Below are positions 50,346-62,478 of a DNA stretch of 64,000 nt, one piece after another. The translations under genes were made by a program, and so were the position numbers. The notes under the pieces are model-generated. The model was not told the origin of the DNA and did not search any database. It saw only the letters and a list, made by a program, of their open reading frames with translations. The DNA is from Gekko japonicus (Eukaryota): assembly GCF_001447785.1 (NCBI RefSeq), contig NW_015169197.1, positions 457,640 through 521,639 of the forward strand, in the 5' to 3' direction. Positions within the stretch are counted from its first letter, which is position 1. The number at the start of each line of letters is the position of its first letter.

Positions 50346-52116
50346 ATGGAGGATTAGCAGATAATTGAGACCTGATAGTATTGCTGGTACTGCTTGGTTC
50401 TGCAATAGCGTCCTCTAAGTCAATGTCCATTTGAGCTTTGCATTAAATGAATTCATTTACATTTTCCCCTTTCTTCCTATGCATTTATGTATATGTGTAG
50501 GTATATCTGCCAAATGATATTTCATCATCTGATTAAATTAGCTGTAGTCCATAAGATTTTATTCCCGAACTCATTGGTCTTTAGTTATATCTTCTCTGGG
50601 CTATTTTCCAGGTTTATATACTTATTTTCATTTGGTTCCTTCCATACTAACTAGTACTCTTAAATGCAAATATGTTAAAATGCTGTTGGCAAAACAATCT
50701 ATAAAATCAAATCAAGTAGAAAAATAACAAATTAAGGCTGCAGTCCTAAAACATTTAATCCCATGGAATAATTCCCATGGAATGCTTGGAACTGCAGTAC
50801 ATAGGAATAAAAATGCCTTCAGCCTCTTTAAACACATTCCCTAACTTGAACTCCTACTGACTTAACACTTGACCTGACTGATTGAAATTCCACCCCAGCT
50901 CCTAAGCAATCAGTGGTTTCCAAGAAATCAGAAAAGTGTTTCTCATCATCCTACTATGAGTATAATATGAATTCAGGAGGGATGTTAAAAAAAATAACCA
51001 TTATATCGTATGAAGTATCAATAATTTCTTCTTTCAAGGATTTTTAAATTGTAAATTCAAAATTTTTCAACTTAAACACACATCGAAAGTTTTCAAGGTA
51101 TTTCATTTAATATTAATACTTGTCATGTAATATGAATGAATTTGATTAGATTGTTTCTGGGTGTTGCCAGGGTGATATTAATAATCTTTTGTGACATTTG
51201 GGGGTTCTAATTGGCTAACCATTTTTTCCCCCAATCTAATGCCTTTTAATGGACAACAGGCCTAGTTGTCAGGGCATCATATCTTCTGTTTTCTCTGTAA
51301 TTTGTTTCCCCCAAAAAATGTTACAGTAATGATAGAAAGTGACATTATTTTAAAAGATAAGGACCAGAAACATTATTTGCTGTCTGACCTTTACCGTTAC
51401 CAGAACAAGCAGCTTTTATTAGCAAAATAGTTCAAGCTTTTTATTACAAAGGATATTTGGCATTATTCCATGGAAGAAATATATAGTTCTTGACAGTAGA
51501 CGTTATTAAGGCTTCCTTCGCTTCTGCTGGGCTAACATATTCGCAAAAAAAAGAGAGAGAAAAGTCTGATGTAGAAAGAAGCTGACTGAGAGAGACAAAA
51601 ATATTTCATATATTACATTTTATGAATGTATTAATTCTGTTTTACATCATTGACAGCAGTATATTGAAACAGATATAATAGCTTTACCTAAGTGTTCAAG
51701 GAGATTGGAGACCTTTAGCCTCTCCTTGCACATTTACATGAACTTTTAGCTATTGAAGACTATTGTTTTTCTATTATTAAGAAAATTTTCCTGTAGTATT
51801 TTCGCATCTTTTAGAATACCAGCAATTTTGGTATTGTAAAGAAGACACGCTGTGTCTTTTGGCATTCATATACGTATCTACTTTTTCCCACAGAGAGACC
51901 ACTGCATTTTGAATCTTTGTCATTCTAAGGTCAATTTTGGAGATATTTCTGGCTTCCACAGTTATTACCTAGGGTTAAGTAGCCTAAAATATAGGGAGGA
52001 TTTTCAATGTATCTAAGTACTCCATTCCTTTCCTTATTAAATGAAGTCAAGATAACAATTTTGCTCATGCAAAATGCATTTCAAAAGATGTTTCCTCCAC
52101 TATGAAACACTTCCTG

Positions 52117-52604
52117 NNNNNNNNNNNNNNNNNNNNNNNNNNNNNNNNNNNNNNNNNNNNNNNNNNNNNNNNNNNNNNNNNNNNNNNNNNNNNNNNNNNN
52201 NNNNNNNNNNNNNNNNNNNNNNNNNNNNNNNNNNNNNNNNNNNNNNNNNNNNNNNNNNNNNNNNNNNNNNNNNNNNNNNNNNNNNNNNNNNNNNNNNNNN
52301 NNNNNNNNNNNNNNNNNNNNNNNNNNNNNNNNNNNNNNNNNNNNNNNNNNNNNNNNNNNNNNNNNNNNNNNNNNNNNNNNNNNNNNNNNNNNNNNNNNNN
52401 NNNNNNNNNNNNNNNNNNNNNNNNNNNNNNNNNNNNNNNNNNNNNNNNNNNNNNNNNNNNNNNNNNNNNNNNNNNNNNNNNNNNNNNNNNNNNNNNNNNN
52501 NNNNNNNNNNNNNNNNNNNNNNNNNNNNNNNNNNNNNNNNNNNNNNNNNNNNNNNNNNNNNNNNNNNNNNNNNNNNNNNNNNNNNNNNNNNNNNNNNNNN
52601 NNNN
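52117..52604. other. Assembly gap (N run)
   Basis: N bases. Confidence 0.99.
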
Positions 52605-53475
52605 CAATTCTTTGGTGGGCAGGTCAAGCCATCCTGAGCCAGCCTTGGCTGGGAGGCCAGGGTAGAAATTTGAGAAATAAATAAATAAAGTTGCTTACAA
52701 GCATCCTGTTGGTCAGGTTGCGTATTAATCCTCACTTCTTTGCTGCAAATATTTTAAATGAAGAATGGAAAAACCAGTCAGCCATACAGAAATAGAGTAA
52801 TTTTTAAAATAAAATCTGACCGTTTGGTGTTCACATGCTTGTCTGATCAATGGCTGCTAATCTGTCTGGTACAGTTTGAACCTGTGGTTTTGTATCTGTG
52901 ACTCCTGGCGTTTATAGATGTACCATCCTTGGCATCATTTGATTGCCTAACCATCCATTACCCTGGATGTTCACTGTGAAGTGCATAGCATCTGTACTTA
53001 AAACAAGGGATACTGAAAATTTTGAGGAGAACTGACTTTAATCATACTCCTTTACTTCTTTACATGAGGTAAAGTCCTGATAAGATCACCTCAGTGTTTT
53101 CTGTTGAAACACTGTCAAGAGCAATGCTCCACAGGCAACCTCTCCCTAAGAAAACTCTGGCCAAGGTGTGCAATACCACCAGTTGTGCGGTGCCAGCTGG
53201 ACCTAACCAGGCCCAGTTGCCCAGTGGGAACCTGTAAGGGCTTGCAGAGGGCACCCCACTTTCCCCATATCCCCCTCCTCACAAGATTTCTTCCTGGCAG
53301 CTCCTATATCCTCAACATTCCCTGTCTCTTTCTCTCCATCCCACCCCCCAACCAAACTACTTTTAATATGCTGGGGGGGGTTTACTGTTTATTTTATATT
53401 TTGCCTTTCTCTACAATGTGGACCGAAATTAGCTTACATTATTCTTCTCCCCTCCAAATTATCCTGGCTTTTCTG

Positions 53476-53832
53476 GGCCCCGGTCACACGGCAAAGTTGC
53501 CGCAGGAGAGGCACGGAAGGTGTGCGGATTATCTGGGCGCGATCACACCCCAATATCTGGGAAGTGGAGCACGCCCATGGCTTACCGCCGACAATGCACA
53601 TTTAAAAACTAGTACCTCCAAGGTACTAGTAAACGTTTGCCATGGGCTGCGATCCCGCCGGCATGCAGCATTCCTCCCCGGTCCCTCGTTTACCCGCTGG
53701 CACCAAGGGAAGGACCCGTGGTGATCCGTGGTGTGCCGCCGGCCCGTCTGATCATGTAATTGCGGATCAAACTGTGCTAGGGCAATTAGCCATGCCTCCC
53801 CCCTGCGATATCCAGCCCGTGTGACCGGGGTC
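53476..53832. mobile_element. Harbinger-like MITE inserted in an old minus-strand SINE (~53385-53955)
   Basis: TIRs ggccccggtcacacgg / ccgtgtgaccggggtc, 3-bp TSD CTG, palindrome 53608-53630. Confidence 0.85.
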
Positions 53833-55204
53833 CTGGTAAGTTAGGCTGAGAGTATGTGACTGGCCCAAAGTCACCCAGTGAACTTCTTGCCAGAGTGGGG
53901 ATTTGAACTCCCAGAGCCTAATTTGAAACTCTAACCATTGACCACACTGGCTATCATGGAGTAGCTGCTGCTGAACAATCCCAAGCAGCCAGACCTGGGT
54001 AGGCCATGCTGATTTGAACCTGGCTCTCCCAGATCCTAGTCTAGAAATGTAACCACTATGGGGGTGGCTGCAGTTTAACAGTAGCAAGCAGCTGGTCCTA
54101 GGTAAACCATGCAGATTGAGTGGTATCAAGTCACCTTGTAGTTGCTGCCAGGTTTGGCCCTGATGAGTCCTCCCTCAAAGGCCCAAACAGCTCATTTTTC
54201 TTACAAAAACCAAGGCTTGAAAGCTGGTAATACTGCTGTGGTTTGTGGTTGCTTAGCAATAGCCACTGAGGACATTCATTTCTTAAATGACAGGATATAC
54301 TTCTATTTTTCTGAAAGATTTTAAACACCACCACCACTGTTTTTGCTTGCTTGTTTTAGATTTCAGATTTTTCTGCAAACCTGGGACTTTTCTCAGGTTT
54401 GTAGAAAAATCTGTCTTGTCTCATCATGGCCCCAAACTCTGGATTTAAGTATCCACAGATGGGGCCAGGCTAAGAATTATATATATTCATATATATATAT
54501 ACACACACACATACATACATATACACACACAATTTTTTCCCTTGCTCTATTAGTTTACTATGTTAGAGTTCTCTGCTTAGTGGATGGTAATGCAAGAATA
54601 CAATAGTGAAATCTCCTGTAGCTATACTACTGTCTTCAAGGAAATTTATGGAGAACAATCAGTAAATAAGGAACATACAATCCTTCTGGAAATAAATTGA
54701 TGGTATATATGTTGCATTCATGGGCATTATACCCTGTGTAAAGGACTGCAAAGAATGGACTTCATTGACCATTTTGTGTGTGTGTCTGTATTTGGTGGAT
54801 GGCATAATATTTCCACTTGCATTGGTTTCCTGGCATGAAAATGTTTATAGTACTCATTAGCTAAGAGGATGTCGGCACTGGTCCAATGAACACAGATCTG
54901 CCTTCTGATTTTAGCCATTAAATTGCAATGGGATTCATAGGCTTAACATTGTGGGTGTGAGAATAATAAAATGGATCTCCATCTTTAGCCAGTTACCATG
55001 GATGCAGATAAAGGTCATAGTGGCAGCTGCTAACTAGTTGCCTTTTAAGCTGTATTTCCTGCCGACTATATGTTTTCATGAAAATACATTTGGTGTACAG
55101 TATATTCCACTTGCTTCAAGTGAATGCCTTCTTTCAGATACTAAAGATGGTCACTAATGCCACCTAATTTATTTATTCATTTTAGAGGACTAGCCTTGTT
55201 AATC

Positions 55205-55305
55205 TGTTGCCACAAAACAGTAAAGTGTTTTGTGGCATTTTAGACACTACCATTCATTGTGGCATACACTTTCATGGTCTAGATCCTGCTTCATCAGATG
55301 CAGGT
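55205..55305 (-). mobile_element. Penelope-like terminal remnant with decayed hammerhead-like core
   Basis: Minus strand: CTGATGA (55297-55291), 17 nt, GAAA (55273-55270), then gtgtatgccac. Confidence 0.5.
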
Positions 55306-55509
55306 AGTGTTATCCTTGGATGCCAGATGTGTCTATCGAAATAGTCACAGAAGAAAAAATGTAAACAGCAGAGACAAGAGGGCATGAGTTCAGTATTTAT
55401 GTTTGAACTGAGTAGAATGACATTTTCTGATAATATTTCGTTCAGAAGTTTTATACTGGAACCTGATTGTGGATGCAACAAGTATGCTTGTTTGAGCCAT
55501 TGTCCTTGC

Positions 55510-55768
55510 TGATGCCTGCTCTCTGGAACCTCAGACCCTGAACAGGATGTGGGCAACTAGCTCTTCTGGAATCCCTGACCCTGGACTGGACTTGGCTTTG
55601 GTTCCTGGATCCCCTGACCCTAGACTGGACTCTGTTAACCTGCTCTCTGGCACCCCTGACATTGGACTGGACTTTGTGTTGCTCTCTCTCTGGAATTTCT
55701 GCCTTTGGACTGCCCTACTGAGTCCACTTGCTTCCCAGGAGGGCTGAGCCAGTACACTGGGCCTGACA
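55510..55768 (+). repeat. Degenerate ~40-bp tandem repeat, probable LTR remnant
   Basis: Four units of ctggnnccctgaccctggactggact; ends ...ggcctgaca. Confidence 0.5.
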
Positions 55769-56320
55769 ACCCTAACAGAAGTACATGGCTTTCCAGGCAA
55801 GAGGAGCAAGTGCCTTTGCCTGCCGCTGCTCAAAGCAGTGGCAAGAGGAAAAAAACAGTGATGTCACTAACATCACTATGTCACTTCTGGATACAACCAG
55901 GAAGTGAGAAAAGGTAATTCTAGGAATCTCCAGAAACTCCATGGTAAAACTTGAAAGTGACATAGCAATGATAGTGACATCATCAACATTGAGCCCGCCC
56001 CCCCATGTCCCCACCCTCATCCTTCCCACCAGTTGCTTTGCCTGGCAACTCTAGAGGTCTCTTATATTCTAATAGTGAAGTCAGTCAGATATGGTGGTTT
56101 CCATTGGAGGGAAAGGGGAAATAGTGTGGGGATGGGGATACAGGGAAAGTGAGGTACCACCTCACAAGTCCTTGAGGATTCCCTACCATGGAAGTGGATC
56201 TTCCTCAGTGGCTGGCACCACAGAACCAGACCATAGTTTTCCTAGCTAGAAGCTGCCAGGGAGGGGAATTTAAGACAGAGGGGCAAATAAAGATAGGTTG
56301 GCTGTTGGATGGGAAGGAGA

Positions 56321-57429
56321 TAGAGTTACAAACTCCAGGTTAGGAGATACCTGGAGATTGGGTATGTTTAGCCTGGGAAAGAGAAGGCTTAGAGGGGACA
56401 TGATTGCAGTCTTCAAGTATTTGAAGGGTTGTCATGGAGAAGATGGAGCGGATCTATTCTCTCTTGCTCCGGATTGCAAGACTAGATCTAATGGGTGGAA
56501 ATTACAAGGGAGTCATTACTGGCTAAATATCAGGAGAAACGTCCTAACTGTAAGAGTGGTTGAGCAGTGAAACAGACTTTCTCGGGAGGTGGTGGATGCT
56601 CCTTGGATGGACGTTTTCAAGGAGAGGCTGGATGACCATCTTTCGGGTATGTTGTAGGGCTATCTTTCGGCTATGCTCCTGCAGAGGGCAGGGGGTTGGA
56701 CTAGATGACCTGCAAGGTCCCTTCCAGCTCTAACATTCTATGATTCTATGACTTGGGAGGTAGAATCTAGGGAAGGTGGGGTTTTAGGAGGGGTGGGACC
56801 TCAGAAAGGTGTAATGCCATAGACTCCATCCTCCAAAGCAGCCATTTTCTCCATGAGTACTTGGGTTGCCAACCTTCAGGTGGGGGCTGGAAATTACCCA
56901 GAATTATAAATGATCTCCAGGTGACAAGAGATCAGTTTCCCTGGAGATAATGGCTACTTTGGAGGCTGGAATCTATGGTATTATACCCTGCGGTGGTTGC
57001 TTCTCCCCCCAAATCACCAGGAATTTCCCAGCCTGGACCTGGCAACCCTAGGAAAACCTATGGGGGCTTTCAGGAAAGGGAAGGACAAAATTGTGGGGGG
57101 GGGGACATGAGATGCCTCCCACAAGTCCTTGCAGGTTCCCACTTGTATGTTTTTCTAATAGCCAAGTTGAAGCAAGATAGCTTGCATAATTCAAAACAGG
57201 TATCAGGCTGGGTAACTTTTGTTCCTGACCATTTAGGGTTGCCAGCCTCTAGGTGGAGCCTGGAGAGCTCCCAGAATTATAATTTATCTCCAGATCCACT
57301 GCAGAAAGTGGCTGCTTTGGAGGGTGGAGGGCCTGGCATTATGCTCCACTGATGTCCCTCCCTTCCACAACCCCCCAAGCTCCACCCCCAGAATCTCTAG
57401 GGATTTCCCAATCTGGAGTTGGCAACCCA
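56321..57429. mobile_element. Cluster of three TAGGGTTGCCA-family MITEs (~56321-56860, 56862-57050, 57234-57429)
   Basis: Termini and shared body. The first copy is split by a CR1 and abutted by the second. Confidence 0.8.
56360..56751 (+). mobile_element. CR1 LINE 3' end nested in MITE
   Basis: GMFSLGKRRLRGDMIAVFKYLKG..., 3' UTR ggttggactagatgacc, (ATTCTATG)2 tail. Confidence 0.93.
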
Positions 57430-57553
57430 ACTTCACATGTGTTTCAAATATGGTTAGTAATTAGCCAAGAGTGATATGGAAAACATCTGTTATACAAATC
57501 TGTGTGTGCTTCTCTGCTGAGTCACTTACTGTAGCTGTTCTCTGACTCTTTAT

Positions 57554-57693
57554 GGCTGTGGTCACACACTAAATAATCCACTTTCAATGCACTTTCCAAC
57601 TGGATTTTTACTGTGTGAACTGGCAAAGTCCAATTCGGAAAAGGCATTGAAGGTGGATTGAAAGTGGATTGTTTCGTGTGTGTTACCGCAGCT
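57554..57693. mobile_element. Short palindromic Harbinger-like MITE
   Basis: Same family as 28091-28231, centre in opposite orientation. Confidence 0.85.
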
Positions 57694-58629
57694 TCTCTGT
57701 CTTCCTGTGTTTTTCCCCAACTCGGCCAGTTCCACACACACTGATACATCATGGCCCAAATAAGCTCTGTGGACAAATTCCTCAGTGCAAACTGGGAAGG
57801 CAATTCCAAAAGACTGTAGATATCACTCTTTCTGCCTGGTGTTCTTTCTTGTCACTGCTGACATGAAAGTGGAGAGGAAGCAAACAGAAAAGAAGGAAAG
57901 GCACAGATGACAATTACTGAGCAGGAATTTAAGGATTAATGCAGACAGTAAGGGAGGGATAACACAGGACAAGCCAGGAGCTATTCTTGAAGCTTTTCTC
58001 CCCCATCTGTGGTGAGTCAACTGAGTGAAAATCTTTTTGTATGCTTTGTCTTATATCTCTGTAATGAAAAGGGCTAGTTTTTAAATAAAAGCTCAAAGTT
58101 CAGAGAAGGATGGTGGCATATTTCTATAAATACTGTGCCACTAAATGGCACCTCTGTCCATGGTCTGTCCCTGGTATTATATCCTACATTGCTATTGAGA
58201 ATCCCCAACCTTCAGGAGTGCCTCCTCTGACTTAGAGGACTGCAGGGTGTGTGTGGGGAGAGGGGAGAGAGGGGATGCAAAAATAACTTCCATAAAACTG
58301 TTTAATTGTCAGTAGTATAATCTCCAGCCCTTAAAGACCCATGAGACTTTAAAGACTAACAAAAACATTGTGGTCTAAGTTTGATAGGGTTTGAGGTGAT
58401 TTCATCAGATGCATGAAGTGATACCCTAAGTTGTGAGGAATACGTTGGGGACAGTGTTCCCTCTAAGCTGAGTTAGTGTGAGCTAGCTCACATTTTTTTA
58501 GCCTCCAGCTCACAGATTTTTGTCTTAGCTTAGGAAGGATGGCTCCAGAGCAGACTAATTTATGCAGCAGCCAAATTGCTCATTCACAACTTTAAGCCAG
58601 TAGCTCACTGAAATATACTGGGTTCGAAC

Positions 58630-59500
58630 ATAGTCCTTGAGGTAAGCGGGTCACCACCACTCCCTGGTTGAGCAGCGCAGCTTGGTTGTCGGGCCTGATG
58701 GCTCCGGGGCTGTTCCCGATGGTCCAGCTGGAGTGTCCAGAAGACGTTCTGGTGCCTGCTCGCGCCTGGGCTCAGAGGCGCAGTCAGGAGCCGGGGCCTC
58801 GCCGCCAATCTCTGTTGGTGGTGCGCTTGGCCCCGGAGGGTGAGTGGTTCTGACCATGCATTTGGCCTGGCCATTTGTTGCAGGGTGGAAAGGTGTGATG
58901 TGCCGAATACCATAGTAACTCACAAACTTCTGGAACTCCCCAGAGGTGAAGGCCATCCCGTTGTCAGTTACCAAGGTGACCAGGATGCCATGTATGCTGA
59001 AGATCTACCACATCGCATGGATGGCCGAGCGAGATGAGGTAGAGGGGACCAGGACCCCTTCAAGCCATTTGATGTAGGAGTCCACCAATATGAAGATTTG
59101 CCCCTGGAAGGGGCCCACGAAGTCCAGATGTAGACGGGCCCACGGTTTGTGGGCAGACTCCCAAGGATGCACCGGGGCTCTCAGGGGCTCTGGCCAGAAC
59201 TCTTGGCACATCTGACAGCATTTCACTCGATCCTTGATTTCGCCATCCATTCCTGGCCACCAGACATAGCTCCGGGCCAGTGCTTTCATGCGGATGATCC
59301 TGGGGTGTGTTTCGTGTAAAGCAGCCAACACCTGCTGGCGAAGTGGAATGGGAATGACCACCCAGCTGCCCCAAAGTAGGCAGCCCTTGTGGGATGACAA
59401 CTCATCCCGGTGCAGGGAAAATGCAGCAAACTCAGGGCCTGCCGGACTGGTGGGCCATCCCCTCCCTGTCCAGTCCAAGACCTGGGAGAGGACGCAGTCC
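58630..59500 (-). pseudogene. Gypsy integrase remnant (zinc-binding region + DDE core) to end of pol
   Basis: LHETHPRIIRMKALARSYVWWPGMD...CQMCQ...PWARLHLDFVGP...VTDNG..FTSGEFQKF...PFHPATNGQAK; ends PAYLKDYV. Confidence 0.9.
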
Positions 59501-59624
59501 CAGGCAGATGTCAGAGATCAGTGATGATGCTGTTGCGTGATGGGCTGAGGGGCCTTGGCAGTTCCGGTGGGCCTTCTTGAATGCCATTGCCATTTTCAGG
59601 GCCTTGTCGAACTCCTAATGCAGT

Positions 59625-60391
59625 TTGGGGGGGGTCCGGGAACCGAAGCTTCGCAGGAAGCTCATCTGGGCTGACGACCTAAAGCTGGACAGGGCCCTGA
59701 AAATGGTGATGGCATTTGAGAAGGCCCACCGGGACCGCCAAGGCCCCTCAGCCCATCACACAACAGCATCATCACTGACCTCTGACATCTCGGATGAGGA
59801 GGAGGTACTACAGGTACGCTGCCCGGGCCACCATGAGAGCCACCCGCCGCCCTCGCAAGTGCATCAGCCCGTGAAAACCACCGCTCAAGCACTGGGCGCA
59901 AGCTGCGGAGAGGCACGTGAACGTCGTTCATGCTGGTTCCAAGATGCCACATGCTGGACCTGTGGGAAGGCAGTCCACCTCATCTGTGTTTGCCATTCCA
60001 GACGAACCTGCTGACAGCCTGCCACTCACCAGGAATCTACAGACCTTCACAACACCAATTCCAGGTACTGAATTTGCCCCGGGACACCCCTAACAAAATC
60101 CATGTGACTGTGTTAATAGAGGGGTCCCCTTGCATGATGGAGCAGGACACGGGGTCTTCCTTCTCCGTTATCTCGGCAGAGACCTTAAAACAACTCTGTC
60201 CGCAAGGGTGGCCCCTCCTGGAGAAACCGGCTGGCCTCACCTTAAGAGACTTAAAAAAAAAACCCAGTGGCCATCAAGGAGTGGGGCAAATTCTGTGTAC
60301 AGTTTTAGGACTTTGACGGTTTTTTGGACTTGTTGGTGGTTGAGCGGTGGCTCACCAGCCTGCTGGGCCTAGCTTGGTTTGGGCCCCTGGG
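59625..60391 (+). pseudogene. Gypsy gag C-terminus (CCHC knuckle) and aspartic protease remnant, inverted relative to pol
   Basis: CWTCGKAVHLICVC, MEQDTGSSFSVIS, SLLGLAWF; frameshifted. Confidence 0.85.
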
Positions 60392-60745
60392 GTGGTGGAC
60401 GAGTGCATATTGGTAACCTGCCAGGAAGATGGACCAGCAGAGCACCTGGGGCGAGAGCATCTGTGGAGTCTGGCGGTCTGGGGCCAGCAGACCCGAAATG
60501 GGTTTGTGGTCCATGACAACTGTAAAAGTCCAGCCATAGAGGAAATTGTGGATTTTTTTTTTACTCCAGCCACAATTGCCAGGGCCTCCTTGTCTATCTG
60601 AGCTTAGTTGCGCTTGGCCAAAGACAAGGTACGAGAGTAATAGGCCACAGGAACCTCCCGGCCATCCGGCAACTGGTGCTCCAGCACTGCCCCCACCCCA
60701 TACAGAGATGCATTGCAGGCTAGGACCATGGAGAGGGTTTCATTG
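60392..60745 (-). pseudogene. Gypsy RNase H remnant
   Basis: VLACNASLYGVGAVL...PVAYYSRTLSLAKRN...DHKPISGLL...WSIFLAGYQY. Confidence 0.9.
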
Positions 60746-61061
60746 AATTGAGCGAGGACTGCAAAACACACCACACACAACACACACAACCCGCGATAGG
60801 CTATTTACAGTGTACCAACACTCATAGGTCTACTCCCGGATCCGGGGTGGCCAATTGGTCTGTTTCAGGATTCTAGCCAGATATTGTCTTTTAAGCAAAG
60901 CTTTGCTATTTTGCATGACTGTGTGTGAACCCAACCGTGTGTGCAGTCCACGGTTGATACACAACACTCACAAAGTAGAATTTTTGCTCACAAGACTCCA
61001 CAGTTTAGAGGGAGCATTGGTCGGGCAGCAATACAACAAGCAACAGCCCTCAGGCCTCATT

Positions 61062-61802
61062 TGTGACCCAGGGCTGGGGGCAGCCGAGACACCATTTTCT
61101 TCCTGGCTGACCCAGCTGCCTGGAGATCGGGGTGGGGGCAGGCCCCGACAGCAACCCTGACCAACCAATTGTGTACCAGGCAGGCCAGCCTGCAATGGGG
61201 CTGGGCTTGGGACAGACCTGGGACTTGGAGTTCCCACAGCGATCTGCCCCTCCCTTATTTCCTGAGCTGCTGCCTGTGGCCTCTCCCTCAGTTAGCTCCC
61301 TACCACCCACCCTTGTTTTCGGTTGTTAGGGGGTAGGTTTCAGTTTTCTAGTTCTTTAGTTCATGTCAACTTTGTCACAGCTTGGTTAGGTGGTTTGAGC
61401 ATTGGAGTGGATCCTGGGGGGACGGTTGTGCCTGTGCGCCTGCCTCCCCCACTTTTGGGGCTCCCTTAAAGGGTCTTTGGGGTGGAGCCATACACTGGCA
61501 TGCCCAGCTGAGAGGATCTCAGCTGGCTGTCACCACCAGGTGGCAAGGGAACCACACAGTGGCTAATGCCCACATGGAACCTGGGAATTACCACTCTGTG
61601 GTTTCCCCCCCACCAGGCCAGCTGGGGGGGATGGGGTTTATCAGGCAGCAGGCGAGTCATCCCATACAGGATCCACCCCACGCTGTGCCAATGTGCTTGC
61701 GGGTGTATTCAATAAAAACTCTGGCCTAATTTTCCCCCAGCTGGTTTGTGATTGGTGTCTTTCCTCCTTCACCCTGCTCTTGTCCTTGCCCCTGGGTCTG
61801 CA
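61062..61802 (+). mobile_element. Probable solo LTR
   Basis: Imperfect inverted ends TGTGACCCAGGG / CCCTGGGTCTGCA, AATAAA at 61711, GC-rich. No TSD recognisable. Confidence 0.45.
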
Positions 61803-62274
61803 AAAGTAAACTAAAAACAAGTTGTAAACAGTGGGACCAAATTTCCATGCAAAACAAGTGTAGCTTAAGGGTGTCACCTTTTTACAAATAGCCTAAATGT
61901 CTGCGGAATGAAATCAAGGATTATTGTATTAACTTTCAAACTGTGAAGGTATTGGCACTGATCCAGAAAACTTTAGTCACACCTATGGGTAGAAAAAAAG
62001 TGGAACTTTACAGTGCAATCCTAAGTAAAGTCAGAGCTTTCTAAGCCCATTGCCTTCAGTGGCAGCCACCAATTAAATTGCTCCCCATTACATTTCAAAG
62101 AACACTTGTTTGATTTCATTTTAAACATCCAAATGGAGATCTTGGTTTGCTTGTACAATACCTGGTTGCTCACAGAGAGTGATCAAGAAATTGGGGGGGG
62201 GGAATACAATGAGGCCTTTGTCTATCAAGGAGCAGTTTGTCCAGAGAAGTAAGATCTTCAGCCAAATATTTCCC

Positions 62275-62478
62275 CACATCGCCACATCCTGTGGCAGTGA
62301 GTTCCACAGTTTAACTATGCTCTCTGTGAAGAAGTACTTTCTTCTGACTGTCCTGGATCTCCCACCCATCACTGGATGACTCCAGTTTCTGGTATTATAA
62401 GGGAGGGAGAAAGCTTCTCCCTGTCCACTGTCTCCACACCATGCATAATTTTGTAGCCCTCTATCATATCTCCCCTTA
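62275..62478 (-). mobile_element. CR1 LINE ORF2 3' fragment
   Basis: Peptide RRKYFFTESIVKLWNSLPQDVAM. Confidence 0.8.

Larger units (their letters stand above)
58609..60966 (-). mobile_element. Rearranged, internally deleted Ty3/Gypsy element
   Basis: TG...CA ends and perfect 5-bp TSD CTCAC (58604-58608, 60967-60971). Contains integrase, RNase H, gag and protease remnants. Confidence 0.9.
58452..61019. mobile_element. hAT MITE split in two (58452-58608, 60967-61019) by Gypsy insertion
   Basis: The halves rejoin to the 4141/39035 consensus. Degenerate 8-bp TSD gttgggga/gtcgggca. Confidence 0.92.

Noticed and set aside
54160-54200. Hammerhead-like CTGATGAG-tcct...aggcc-caaac
   Set aside because: The essential CGAAA is absent and no stems I/III are evident.
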